Positions 13,243-23,680 are shown, counted from the whole stretch's first letter. The stretch: 62,995 nucleotides of DNA, filler included, from Stramenopiles sp. TOSAG23-2 (GCA_900128395.1; 39 parts of 39 records of this genome joined end to end with filler, not necessarily neighbours in it); one strand, 5' to 3'. Numbers and translations are program-made. The notes: a model not told the origin generated them from the sequence alone.

Positions 13243-14367
13243 TTACCATCGTCGATTTTGATAGCCAGTATTGGTGTTATTATTTTTTTGTGGACTTTTG
13301 ATTTCATCTTGTTGCACGCAATGTACATAAACAGTATTTTGCATTTGTTGATTAAAGCCTTTTCTACCTTGATGCCAGTCATAACTATTTGCATATACTA
13401 AGATAGATGAAGCAGTATTGTATGCTATTGACGTAATACACGATGGAGTTGGGCATTTTGGAAGGGATTTAATTTTAGTTCTCTCTTTTGTATTCCATAT
13501 ATGTATAATTCCATCTGCACCAGCAGTTGCAACACCATTGTGAGCATTGAAGGAAATTGCATTTACTGGGTATACTTTAGACATTTTACGTCCATTCATA
13601 TTTACTGACTCACGATGACATTTAAATGCAAAACATTCAGCTGCTTTATTACCCGGTTGCGGGTTTAAATATTCTACAGCAACACGACCTTCAATTGATC
13701 CAGCACAAAATCCTGTTGAATCATTCATGATGCTAATACATCGTGGTTGCGATTTCAATTTCGTGTTAACAGTTTTAAATACCTGTTGTGGATTAGCTAA
13801 ATTATACACATTAAATGCTTGGCCGGCACAACCAACTACTAACATTTGTCCTTTTGTATCCATACAATATGCCCTTTCTGGTAATTGGATTTGATATGCC
13901 GGTTGTGGTTGCCTAATATCCCAATATTTAAGAAATTTATCCCATCCAGCAGTGACGACAAGATTGGTCTGACCATTATTTACTTTCACAGTACCTATGC
14001 AACTAACAGGTTGTTGATGCGCGCGAATAGGCGTAGATTTATTTTGTTTGTAATTCCACATAGTGTATGTATTATCACACGAGCCAGTAAAAATCATGTC
14101 TTGGAGTGGAGTATTAGGATGACCCCAGGCACAACACAAAACAGGAGCTTTTTGTTGATGCTGTGGACCAGGTTGCACTTGCACCTGATTACTTTGTTGA
14201 TTTCTTTGTACTGAAAACAATCTCACACTATTATCCCATGATGCACATGCTAACATATCAGGTTGCATATTATTTTGTGATGGTTGAAATTTTACATCCG
14301 ATACTGAATCTCGAAATCCATTAATTGGATGGTCATTACTTCTTTGCGCACCTCCTGCCATAAACAT
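13243..14367 (-). CDS. RAE1: mRNA export factor Rae1/Gle2 (WD40 repeats), complete
   Basis: SWDNSVR, GWDKFLKYWDIRQ, LPERAY, GSIEGRVAV, FAFKCHR, YPVNAISF and SYDWHQG motifs. Confidence 0.9.
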   Translation of the reverse strand: MFMAGGAQRSNDHPINGFRDSVSDVKFQPSQNNMQPDMLACASWDNSVRLFSVQRNQQSNQVQVQPGPQHQQKAPVLCCAWGHPNTPLQDMIFTGSCDNTYTMWNYKQNKSTPIRAHQQPVSCIGTVKVNNGQTNLVVTAGWDKFLKYWDIRQPQPAYQIQLPERAYCMDTKGQMLVVGCAGQAFNVYNLANPQQVFKTVNTKLKSQPRCISIMNDSTGFCAGSIEGRVAVEYLNPQPGNKAAECFAFKCHRESVNMNGRKMSKVYPVNAISFNAHNGVATAGADGIIHIWNTKERTKIKSLPKCPTPSCITSIAYNTASSILVYANSYDWHQGRKGFNQQMQNTVYVHCVQQDEIKSPQKNNNTNTGYQNRRW

Positions 14368-14482
14368 GTTTGTTTTTAAAAANNNNNNNNNNNNNNNNNN
14401 NNNNNNNNNNNNNNNNNNNNNNNNNNTTAATTAATTAANNNNNNNNNNNNNNNNNNNNNNNNNNNNNNNNNNNNNNNNNNNN

Positions 14483-14962
14483 TTTATCAAACGTGGAATT
14501 ATTCGTCAATATTGCATGGGTGCTGCAAAAACCAAATGCAGACATGGTATCCCTACGTTTTGCGGTTTCGTCGATTTTTTAAAACTTGCAGATTATTATT
14601 TTGCCACAGTTGATGGATGTGTTTATTCAACATATGGTAAAGCAAAAAAATTAACACCACAAGTAAACAACATTGGATATGAAATGATACAGTTACAAGA
14701 TGAAAAAAGTGAACCTAGAACAATTTTGATGGCTCGATTAATATATGCAGCATTTTACCCGTTATATCGTCCATCAATAACTATTGATCATTTAGTTGGA
14801 TTGAAACGATTTAATCATTTATTTTTTTTGATCAATACTCCAAAAATGTTCAATCTTCAACATGGAAATAAAAAAGATTCAAACAGATTGAACATGAATA
14901 AAAAATTATTAAATGCAGTACAAGCTCAAGATGATTTAAAATGTTTTTTACCAGCAGATTAA
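14483..14962 (+). CDS. NUMOD4/HNH homing-endonuclease-like protein, degenerate, possibly 5' truncated
   Basis: GCVYS...KKL...NNIGYEMIQL...LMARLIYAAF...IDHLVGLKRFN follows the G.v...GY..v.l...vHRLva.aF...dH..g.k.nN pattern. Confidence 0.6.
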   Translation, partial: FIKRGIIRQYCMGAAKTKCRHGIPTFCGFVDFLKLADYYFATVDGCVYSTYGKAKKLTPQVNNIGYEMIQLQDEKSEPRTILMARLIYAAFYPLYRPSITIDHLVGLKRFNHLFFLINTPKMFNLQHGNKKDSNRLNMNKKLLNAVQAQDDLKCFLPAD

Positions 14963-15093
14963 AAATCAAAATTCTAGTGAGTAGGAATTGACACGGGTAG
15001 AAACGGGTAGAAATGGGTAGAAATGGGTAGAAATAAAAACAATTTTAAAAAACATACACATAATTGTAAAGATAATGTATCACGTTCTTTAAT

Positions 15094-15697
15094 TTAACCA
15101 TTAATAGCTTTCAATTCTGTTTCTATCTTTTCCTTGCTTTCAATTGCTTCCGTTTCCACTAATTCTACTTGTTCTTCCAAAGCACTTACTTCTTCATTGT
15201 GATAAAATTCTATTTGTAGCACATCAGGATCAAATGCTACGATAGGAATAGGGACAACGCCACCAACTTCTAACATGCTTAAAATAGTTGCATTGTGTGG
15301 TGTATCAGTAGCATATTCTGGACCTTCATTAACATTTTCTACATATATTTTAACCATTTCAATCTCTGATGTTAACACAGGATTACCATTATCTGTACTT
15401 TGAACGTTTATTTCATATACTTGTACTTCTTCAAAATCCAATGCAGAATTACCATTGTACTTAATGGTAAAACATGAGGTTGAACCTTGTTTTATCAACG
15501 TAAATGCATTTGTAGCAGGTGACGTACTTGTAATCGCAAACGTATGACTTTGGCCAGTATCTTCATCTTCAGCACAAATATGCTCTTCCGTCGGCGGTGT
15601 AGTAGCACCAAAGATGACACCAGAAGTTCGGCTCAGTGCATCATTAATAGTTGCATTTTCATATAAATATAACGTTACACCATCAGGTAGCTCTGAT
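15094..15697 (-). CDS. Cadherin-repeat protein fragment, 5' truncated
   Basis: YEN...AEDEDTGQSHTFAI...LDFEE...VQSTDNGNPVLTS...VENVNEGPEY...AFDPD: canonical DxD, LDxE and xxNxxP calcium-binding motifs. Confidence 0.85.
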
Positions 15698-15799
15698 NNN
15701 NNNNNNNNNNNNNNNNNNNNNNNNNNNNNNNNNNNNNNNNNTTAATTAATTAANNNNNNNNNNNNNNNNNNNNNNNNNNNNNNNNNNNNNNNNNNNNCA

Positions 15800-16180
15800 G
15801 AATTTGTTCCACAATTTCCTAGGGATGCAAATATCAAAGTTTTAGTTGGGAGCTCAACAGACAAAGCCGATAGAGCATTGCTAGCGAAAACATTAAACGG
15901 AATTAAATTCGACATTGTGGTAGATGATGGTGATCATAATGATTGGTCGCAATACCTAACATTTTCTTTATTAGGATCACATTTGAAGAGTACAGGTGTA
16001 TATATTATTGAAGATAACTTTGTAAGTCACGGTAATAATTGGTACTACACAAGGTGTGGCTTTGATGTTTCTGTACATACAGATATCTCTGGAGAACTCC
16101 TTTTTTTTAAAAAAATAAGAAGGCCTGCACGCCTCCTCTCAGGATTATTTGTTTTTTCCTCGTCGTTTATTGTTGCTTAA
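15800..16180 (+). CDS. Class I SAM-dependent methyltransferase (Methyltransf_24-like), C-terminal fragment
   Basis: GSSTD...FDIVVDDGDH...Q...F...LKSTGVYIIED. Confidence 0.75.
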   Translation, partial: EFVPQFPRDANIKVLVGSSTDKADRALLAKTLNGIKFDIVVDDGDHNDWSQYLTFSLLGSHLKSTGVYIIEDNFVSHGNNWYYTRCGFDVSVHTDISGELLFFKKIRRPARLLSGLFVFSSSFIVA

Positions 16181-16186
16181 GCTTAA

Positions 16187-16320
16187 CACTATTCACTATG
16201 GGAAATATTTATTAAACGTTTTTTAAAATACCAATGTTTTATTTTTCATATATTTGGAAAAATAGCAAATATCCGAAAATATAGAAAAGATGATGAATAT
16301 TTCCCCCATAGTGAATAGTT
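16187..16320. mobile_element. Candidate MITE with roughly 24-bp imperfect terminal inverted repeats
   Basis: Left end CACTATTCACTATGGGAAATATT, right end AATATTTCCCCCATAGTGAATAGT; TTAA sits immediately left. Confidence 0.5.
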
Positions 16321-16845
16321 TTTAGTGTACAGTTTTTGCACAAGAAATTGTTAATGTTAATAATTTAAGTAGGTCCATTCGCAATAATATAGACACAGCA
16401 TTAAATTATAACATCATTGCGATAGACATATTTGTACTTAGCAGAATATGTATGTCACATAGGAACAGATCATACAAATTTTGATAGTAGTAGAAATTGT
16501 TAGTGTTAGTATTTTAAGTACGTCTCTCGCAACAATATATACACAGCATTAAATTATAACACCTGCTATTCCCATATACAAAATCACCAACCCGACGTTT
16601 TAATAAATTTTTTTGAGATCTGCGCGTACGTCTCATTTACAGGTTAAGGTAAATAAAGGAATACATATGCACACACAATAATAATACAATACCCAGAAAT
16701 CAATCAATAAAAAAAGAGATTAATTATAAAAATTGTGTTTGTAATAAGTTCATCGGTAGCTACTCTGATCTTTAGTAAAAAAACAAAAACGGATAAACAT
16801 TTTTCTTTTCTTTTTAATAATAATACAACGACGACGACGACGACG

Positions 16846-17012
16846 ATGATGCATTGTATATATTGTATTATATTAATATTAAATATAACATTTTATGCCA
16901 CTATTCCCACTACCATTTCTTCTTCTTCTTCTTCTTTCTCCTCCTCCTCCTCCTCCTCTTCTTCTATTTTAAATATTGAAAATTATGGTGCAATACCAAC
17001 TTTAAATATATA
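16846..17012 (+). CDS. N-terminus of a secreted protein, possibly a pectin-lyase-fold glycosidase, 3' truncated
   Basis: Signal-peptide-like start, poly-Ser, then LNIENYGAIP, resembling the GH28/GH55 N-terminal Nv.dyGA motif. Confidence 0.45.
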
Positions 17013-17127
17013 NNNNNNNNNNNNNNNNNNNNNNNNNNNNNNNNNNNNNNNNNNNNTTAATTAATTAANNNNNNNNNNNNNNNNNNNNNNNNNNNNNNNN
17101 NNNNNNNNNNNNCGAATGTAAATTTAT

Positions 17128-17190
17128 CTCAAGTAAATTGTGGGGAGATTTTAAAATCTATAGGTTTACCACTTTTAATTTTACTATCAT
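17128..17190 (-). promoter_or_regulatory. SECIS-like stem-loop in the 3' UTR of the UGA-containing redoxin
   Basis: Minus strand reads AUGAU-AGUAAAAUU-AAAA-GUGG...CCAC-AAUUUACU-UGAG: UGAN/NGAN quartet, helix II, unpaired adenosines and an apical mini-stem. The apical part is longer than canonical. Confidence 0.5.
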
Positions 17191-17261
17191 TGTTTTCTTG
17201 ATATTTCTTATTCATTAATCCAAATGTTTGTATATACACCATATATATTGTTCTTGCCGTT

Positions 17262-18290
17262 CTATACTGCTTCTTCTTCTTTCTCTTTATCCAATATAGC
17301 AGCAATTTCATCAGCAATTTTGCTTGATTTATTATTGATTGATTTGCCAAATTTACCATCAACTACTTTTCCATTTTCACCATTCCACCATTTCACAATA
17401 TTACCTTTCTTGTCTACCAATAAACGATTTGGTACAAATTGAACATGTAATGCTCTGACTGCCTTTTCATTTGCCCACATATGTTTCAATGCAGGCCATC
17501 GTGCTAATGCTTGGTTTCCCATACATTCTCCTTCAAATTTATCATCAACATTAATTGCTAAAAAGACTACTTGATCTTTGAATAAATGTTTTTGCAAAAC
17601 TTTAGACGATGCACGTTGATTTAATTGATCGAGGTTGCTTTCACATCCACCACGACCAAGTGGGGATCACGCATCCATACTTGTAAATCTATTTTTACCA
17701 ACTTGACTTAACCAAAAATCAATAACAGCAATTTTACCTTCAATTAAATCGCGTATTTTCACACGTTCACTAGAAAATAAATCTTTAATAATAACATTTG
17801 GTACTTGTCCACTCCAAGATTTTGATCCTCCTAATGGGTCGCGTTTCACTTTGTTTTGCAATTTTTGTTTGTTCATTTCCCGTTTCGCAGATGCTACTTT
17901 TTTATCGTAACTTGATACATTACTATCTCTACTAGCAAATGGTGCGCGTGATATGGAAGATGATGAATATGGTTTTCTGCTACTATTAATACTACCATTG
18001 ATAGTTTTATCACCAGTAATGACACTGTTACTTTTATAATTATTGTTTACATTGTAGTTTTCACCAAATGATAATTCTTTAAATTTTTGTATATGCGCTT
18101 GAATTAATTTATTTTTTTGTTTTGATGCATTGTAATATTCATTTGTTCCTCGTTTTCTAGTATTAATAATATTGCTACGTCTTGCCCTGCTACCTATTTT
18201 ACCCGTAACGTTCGATGGCCTACGTGAAGATGTTGAAGCAGTTGATGGTGCACGATGAAAATGTCCATTGGCTCCAATAACGCATCTCAT
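17262..18290 (-). CDS. Redoxin (TlpA/AhpC-like thioredoxin fold) with an in-frame UGA at 17667-17669; putative selenoprotein of 342 aa
   Basis: ORFs 17667..18290 and 17262..17597 share a frame and are separated by one TGA: GKIAVIDFW...MDA[TGA]SPLGRGGCESNLDQL...VVFLAINVDD...VQFVPNRLLVDKKGNIV. Confidence 0.7.
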
Positions 18291-19363
18291 AATTTTTATA
18301 TTATAATTTTTTATGTAATTAATGTGNNNNNNNNNNNNNNNNNNNNNNNNNNNNNNNNNNNNNNNNNNNNTTAATTAATTAANNNNNNNNNNNNNNNNNN
18401 NNNNNNNNNNNNNNNNNNNNNNNNNNAAAAGTGACATTCCAAAACAGAATCGTACATTATATATTGACTGCATTTCGTGTGGAACTGGGTTGAAAAAATA
18501 TATATAGTAACGAACAACAAAAACAGTAAGGTATGTATTAATTTTAGTATAGCTGCTTGTCAACACGAGTGTGCCCACTTTAACCTTTTCTAGTAATACT
18601 AAAGTATTTTATGAAACGAATATATTACTTGATGTGCATATTAATATATGTTAATATACGAGAAGATATTATTTAAAAAAAGAAGAATAATAATAAAGAA
18701 GAAGAAGAGAAGAGATAAAAAGAAGACGGACTGGAAGACAATCAGGACAACCAGGACAACTGGACAACCAGGACAACAACAACACCACACACTGCCAGAC
18801 TGCTGGACTGCCAGACTGCGGATTGCTGGATTGCCACAGCCTAAAACTCTGCGCTTGCCTGGCTTGCTGGCTTGCCAGAGTAGCTCTCTATTATAGCTAC
18901 TGCCAGACTGCATCAATATTAGCTATTATACCTGGTATTATAACATAAATACACACAAAAAGCTGTGTGCTGATGTGCTGATGTTAATGTGTGCTGCTCT
19001 TTTGAAATAAAAGTGGGCTATTATATTTATATTGAATATTGGAATACACTACCAAGTATGAATTGTGTGCCTGGTGTGAGATGGTTTTTCACATTTTTAT
19101 TATATTATTTATTATTATTATATATTATTATATAAAAATAATCATCTCTTCAGTCCAAGGAAATCTACCGTTTTGATACGAGGAATTAACGCAACAACTA
19201 TAGTTATCTGCACATAATAATCGCCAACACATATTAAGTATTACTTCGTATACAAAATTAATTGTATAAGCCAACCAAGTATTACTAACAATATTAATAA
19301 TAAACAATAATAGAAAGATCATTTACAAAATGCGCAGAGATACATACATATATTAATTCAGCA

Positions 19364-19640
19364 ATGTCGAATAATATTGCAAATCTATGTGTAAGGTTGA
19401 AATTGAAACAGATTATGATTATTTTGATTGCATGTACCATAACAATTAATCTTATTTTACAAAGTTTACACCTATATTCAATTTTTACTATGCCCGCAAT
19501 AATAACATTTTTTAGAGGCTCTAAATATCGTAATGTTGGGTTTTCTAGAGGGTTGAAGATTCCAAAAAACATAATTTGTAGTAAAGGTAAATATAATTGG
19601 AGTGGAACATTTCTCCGTTTTTTTTCTCCACATGTAACTG
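19364..19640 (+). CDS. Possible type II membrane protein, N-terminal fragment
   Basis: Short basic N-terminus plus one hydrophobic helix; frame open to the contig edge. Confidence 0.35.
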
Positions 19641-19740
19641 NNNNNNNNNNNNNNNNNNNNNNNNNNNNNNNNNNNNNNNNNNNNTTAATTAATTAANNNN
19701 NNNNNNNNNNNNNNNNNNNNNNNNNNNNNNNNNNNNNNNN

Positions 19741-20182
19741 TTAATGTTGGTGCTTCTTCAATCATACGTTTAACATCTGAATATTTTCTTGTAAATGGTA
19801 TATCAGCATCATATTCATTTATTTTCCCATTATTATTATTTTGACCTCCATGACTATGTCCATGTCCATCACCACCACCATGACTATGTCCATGTCCATC
19901 ACCACCACCATGGCTATGTCCATGACCAAGCTTTGGTTCATCGGTTTCTACCGTCACATGCTTTGCTGCCATACCAGCATGTCCTTTACGAACATCTTTA
20001 ACTACAATATTCCATTCATTTTTAATATCTTTCAAACCTTCTAACATTAACGTTAAAATGCCTAAATCACAACCAGCATCAATACATGCTGCTAATAACA
20101 TGTCACCCGCTATACCAGTTGGACAATCTAAATATGCTATACGTTTTTTCTTCATGTTGTTGTTGTTGTTTTGGGTCGCCAT
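19741..20182 (-). CDS. larC: LarC-family nickel insertion protein (NPN cofactor biosynthesis), 3' truncated
   Basis: IAYLDCPTGIAGDMLLAACIDAG N-terminal signature plus a His-rich (GHGHSHGGG)x3 insert. Confidence 0.88.
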
Positions 20183-20511
20183 TATTGTTTGTTTTTGTTG
20201 TTGATATATGTTGTATAAGATATATGTTTATATGTATATTTTTTTCTATTTTCATTCACAATTATTCATTTTTAGCTTAAAGAAGGAAGGACCAATAATC
20301 AAACCAACAAAAATACAATTGAAGCTGAACTCTCACAAGAAGAAAAAATAGTAGAAAAACATTTACACACTGAACAAAAGGAACGGAGGATATGGTGTTA
20401 ATGATTGAGATAAACACATTCTAGAATCTATTATCTTTTACTCTTCTCTCACATCACTACATACATACACGTTACATCGTTCTCATCGTCGTGCCCACAT
20501 CTCTCCTCTTC

Positions 20512-20954
20512 TCAAAGGGTTTTATATTTCTGATTCTCCTGTTTCATTTGTTTTTTGTTCTTTTTCATACAACAACAATTGTTCCACCACCACCACCAGT
20601 AAGAAGTAATTTGATTCTTATTTGCATGATGATATGTATGAAATAAATCACGATGATCGTTTTCATCTTCACTTTCATCAATATCATCCGTGGTCAATGT
20701 GGATGTATCATTATTTGTCAATAGACCATCCCTTTCATTTGCATTATCATTTATTATCATTTCCATCATCTTCTTTCCATCTTCATCTTCTTCCATCTTC
20801 TTATTGTTTGTTTGTATTGTTGACGATTTTTTATTATTATTATTATTATTATTAGAATTATTAGATGGTATAATTGTTTGCATCATAGCTTTTACAAAAT
20901 TTTTATCTTTTTTCCTTCGTGTTTTTGCATCACGTAATAATTTTTTAATTTCTT
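20512..20954 (-). CDS. Low-complexity C-terminal fragment of an unknown protein
   Basis: Asn/Asp-rich frame running to the contig edge, ending in a WWWWWNNCCC motif. Confidence 0.4.
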
Positions 20955-21054
20955 NNNNNNNNNNNNNNNNNNNNNNNNNNNNNNNNNNNNNNNNNNNNTT
21001 AATTAATTAANNNNNNNNNNNNNNNNNNNNNNNNNNNNNNNNNNNNNNNNNNNN

Positions 21055-21939
21055 AAATACCCATTTGCAAACTCAATAACTACTTCGATATTTTTTTGAA
21101 TTCTGAATTTAGAATATCTTTTACTTGATAGGATATTGTCACAACGTTCACTTGTAATGTAATAGTATTTGCCTGTAAATTTACCACCTGTCACACGCAA
21201 GGAGATCATTTGTACTTAGACACTATGAAAGATACAACTTTGAGCAAAAATAATTCAGAATTCAAAAAAATATCGAAGTAGTTATTGAGTTTGCAAATGG
21301 GTATTTTAACTATCATTTGAGCAAGTACAACTTATTGCATTTATATAAGTATAAAAAATCACTTTTTGCATCGTTTTCATTCGATATGTGTATATGCCGA
21401 TACATAACGTTTTTCATCAGCATTTAGTAAACAATTCAGAATTCAAAAAAATATCGAAGTAGTTATTGAGTTTGCAAATGGGTATTTTAACTATCATTTG
21501 AGCAAGTACAACTTATTGCATTTATATAAGTATAAAAAATCACTTTTTGCATCGTTTTCATTCGATATGTGTATATGCCGATACATAACGTTTTTCATCA
21601 GCATTTAGTAAACAGCTATTGCAGTGCTATTCGTATACTATTTACCAACACAGCTAAATTCATGAGACAACATAAAAATGTTCTTGAAAATATATCAAAA
21701 TCATTATATTTATTCAAAGTAACTTTAATCATGTTATTATTTTATATAAAAAAAACATACCGTGAAGTATTAACAATCGATTTATACTACTATTTACCAA
21801 CACAGCTAAATTCATGAGACAACATAAAAATGTTCTTGAAAATATATCAAAATCATTATATTTATTCAAAGTAACTTTAATCATGTTATTATTTTATATA
21901 AAAAAAACATACCGTGAAGTATTAACAATCGATTTATAC
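21055..21939. repeat. Cluster of near-exact duplications: one inverted ~55 bp pair, a 181-bp tandem pair and a 152-bp tandem pair
   Basis: 21055-21110 is the reverse complement of about 21252-21308; direct copies start at 21252/21433 and 21638/21790. Confidence 0.9.
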
Positions 21940-22727
21940 ATCTAGCATCCGTTATTTACAATAACTTATGACATTGAATTAAACTAAATTTTTACAAACC
22001 CTATACTCTAACCCGACCAAAAATCGTTAAAATGGGGCTAATTTTCACACCATTATACATATATCGAAATTTAAATGTATTATATATGTGTTGAAAGGTA
22101 TATTTTTGTTTCGTGGTGTGTAAGGGGCAAAGCCTCCGGTATATATTATACCAATATTAAGTGCATGCACAATATGCGTGATAGTTGAAAAAATGTAATG
22201 ATTGTTGAATTTGAAAGTACATAGCCATACCACTGATAAAAAAAAAAGGCCGTCGTTTCAAAAGGTANNNNNNNNNNNNNNNNNNNNNNNNNNNNNNNNN
22301 NNNNNNNNNNNTTAATTAATTAANNNNNNNNNNNNNNNNNNNNNNNNNNNNNNNNNNNNNNNNNNNNTGGTTATTTCGTTCTTACGTAGGAGCGTAGTGA
22401 TGTGTACCCAACAAAGTCTTGCTTCACTAAAATTATTACGACTCGTATATTTTCGTATAACACTTTTATTAGATTTTAACCATCCATTTTCTTTAAAAAA
22501 ATATACGAAGCCGTACGAAGTATATATATTTTAGAGTATAATTAATGCATAAAACTTATTTTTTACGCGTAATTTACCTTATGAAAAAATATTACGAAGT
22601 ACTTCATATATTAAATTATATTTTAATAATATATAAATATGTAAAAAAATACTTTGCAAACAAAAAGAACAAAAACACTTCTTTTCTCTCTTTTTTCTAT
22701 TTTTTTCTAAAAAATCTTCTGTATTTT

Positions 22728-23579
22728 TTAATCCAAATCACCACCGCCACCATCATCTACTATTACTAGCTCTTCTTCGTCATCTTCCTCTTCGTATTGA
22801 GAAATAATTTCATCTACAAATTCTTTTAATTCTACTAATAATTTACTCGAATCTTTGTTAGAACTACTTTGAACCTCATTTACTTTTCCTTTAATCTCCT
22901 CAACATCTTCTTCTTCTATGTCATTCAAAATCTCATCCGTTTCAAGTAATACAAAAATATAATCGTTCAGTTCCGCTTTAGCAACACATGAAGCATCTGC
23001 ATCTTTTGCTGCCGATGATTTAGCATCTGCTACCATAGTTGCAACTTCATCTGCACCGAAAAAATCTCCACCATCAACAATAGTTTGGGTTACATCATCA
23101 ACAGTTACTTCAAATTTAGTACCAGTCTTATCTACTGAAACATTGAAAGTGCAACTTTTCGTTGCATATTCTGCATTCTCCAATACTACTTCACCTAATA
23201 AAACATTGCCATTGGGATCAACACGTTCTCCTACGTAAAATTTCAATTTCAAATCTTCACCGACACCACTTTTCATTGTGATAGTCTTCGAATTTGGCAC
23301 AATAGAACCGCGTTTAAAAACGTCTGTACATAGTCCATTTCTATTTCCAACACTCATTGACAATGTCAATGCTCTTACTTCTCCACTTAAATTTTTTTCA
23401 ATTGATTCACGATCAACATTTGCTTGGCCAGATAGACTAGACAATACGCATAAAATTCCAGCTTGTTTTGCACAACCCAATGCAATTGCTTCTGATGGTT
23501 TGATTTTTGAACCGTCGTCATTGATTAAATTTGGATTTTTGAAATACAACGCCAACGTTCGTTTCAACAATGGCGTATG
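22728..23579 (-). CDS. Divergent Hsp70-family protein (HSPA14/Ssz1-like), C-terminal part, 5' truncated
   Basis: PSEAIALGCAKQAGIL, TLSMSVG, VFKRGSIVP, FYVGER and LLGEVVL match the Hsp70 linker and substrate-binding domain; acidic tail ending DLD. Confidence 0.8.
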   Translation of the reverse strand, partial: HTPLLKRTLALYFKNPNLINDDGSKIKPSEAIALGCAKQAGILCVLSSLSGQANVDRESIEKNLSGEVRALTLSMSVGNRNGLCTDVFKRGSIVPNSKTITMKSGVGEDLKLKFYVGERVDPNGNVLLGEVVLENAEYATKSCTFNVSVDKTGTKFEVTVDDVTQTIVDGGDFFGADEVATMVADAKSSAAKDADASCVAKAELNDYIFVLLETDEILNDIEEEDVEEIKGKVNEVQSSSNKDSSKLLVELKEFVDEIISQYEEEDDEEELVIVDDGGGGDLD

Positions 23580-23680
23580 GNNNNNNNNNNNNNNNNNNNN
23601 NNNNNNNNNNNNNNNNNNNNNNNNTTAATTAATTAANNNNNNNNNNNNNNNNNNNNNNNNNNNNNNNNNNNNNNNNNNNN

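Noticed and set aside
17667-17669. Genome-wide UGA reassignment, or an intron, as the explanation for the in-frame TGA
   Set aside because: TGA ends several conserved genes at their expected C-termini, and no GT-AG pair of plausible size removes this codon while keeping the domain. A pseudogene remains possible, since RGGC is one base from CGGC.
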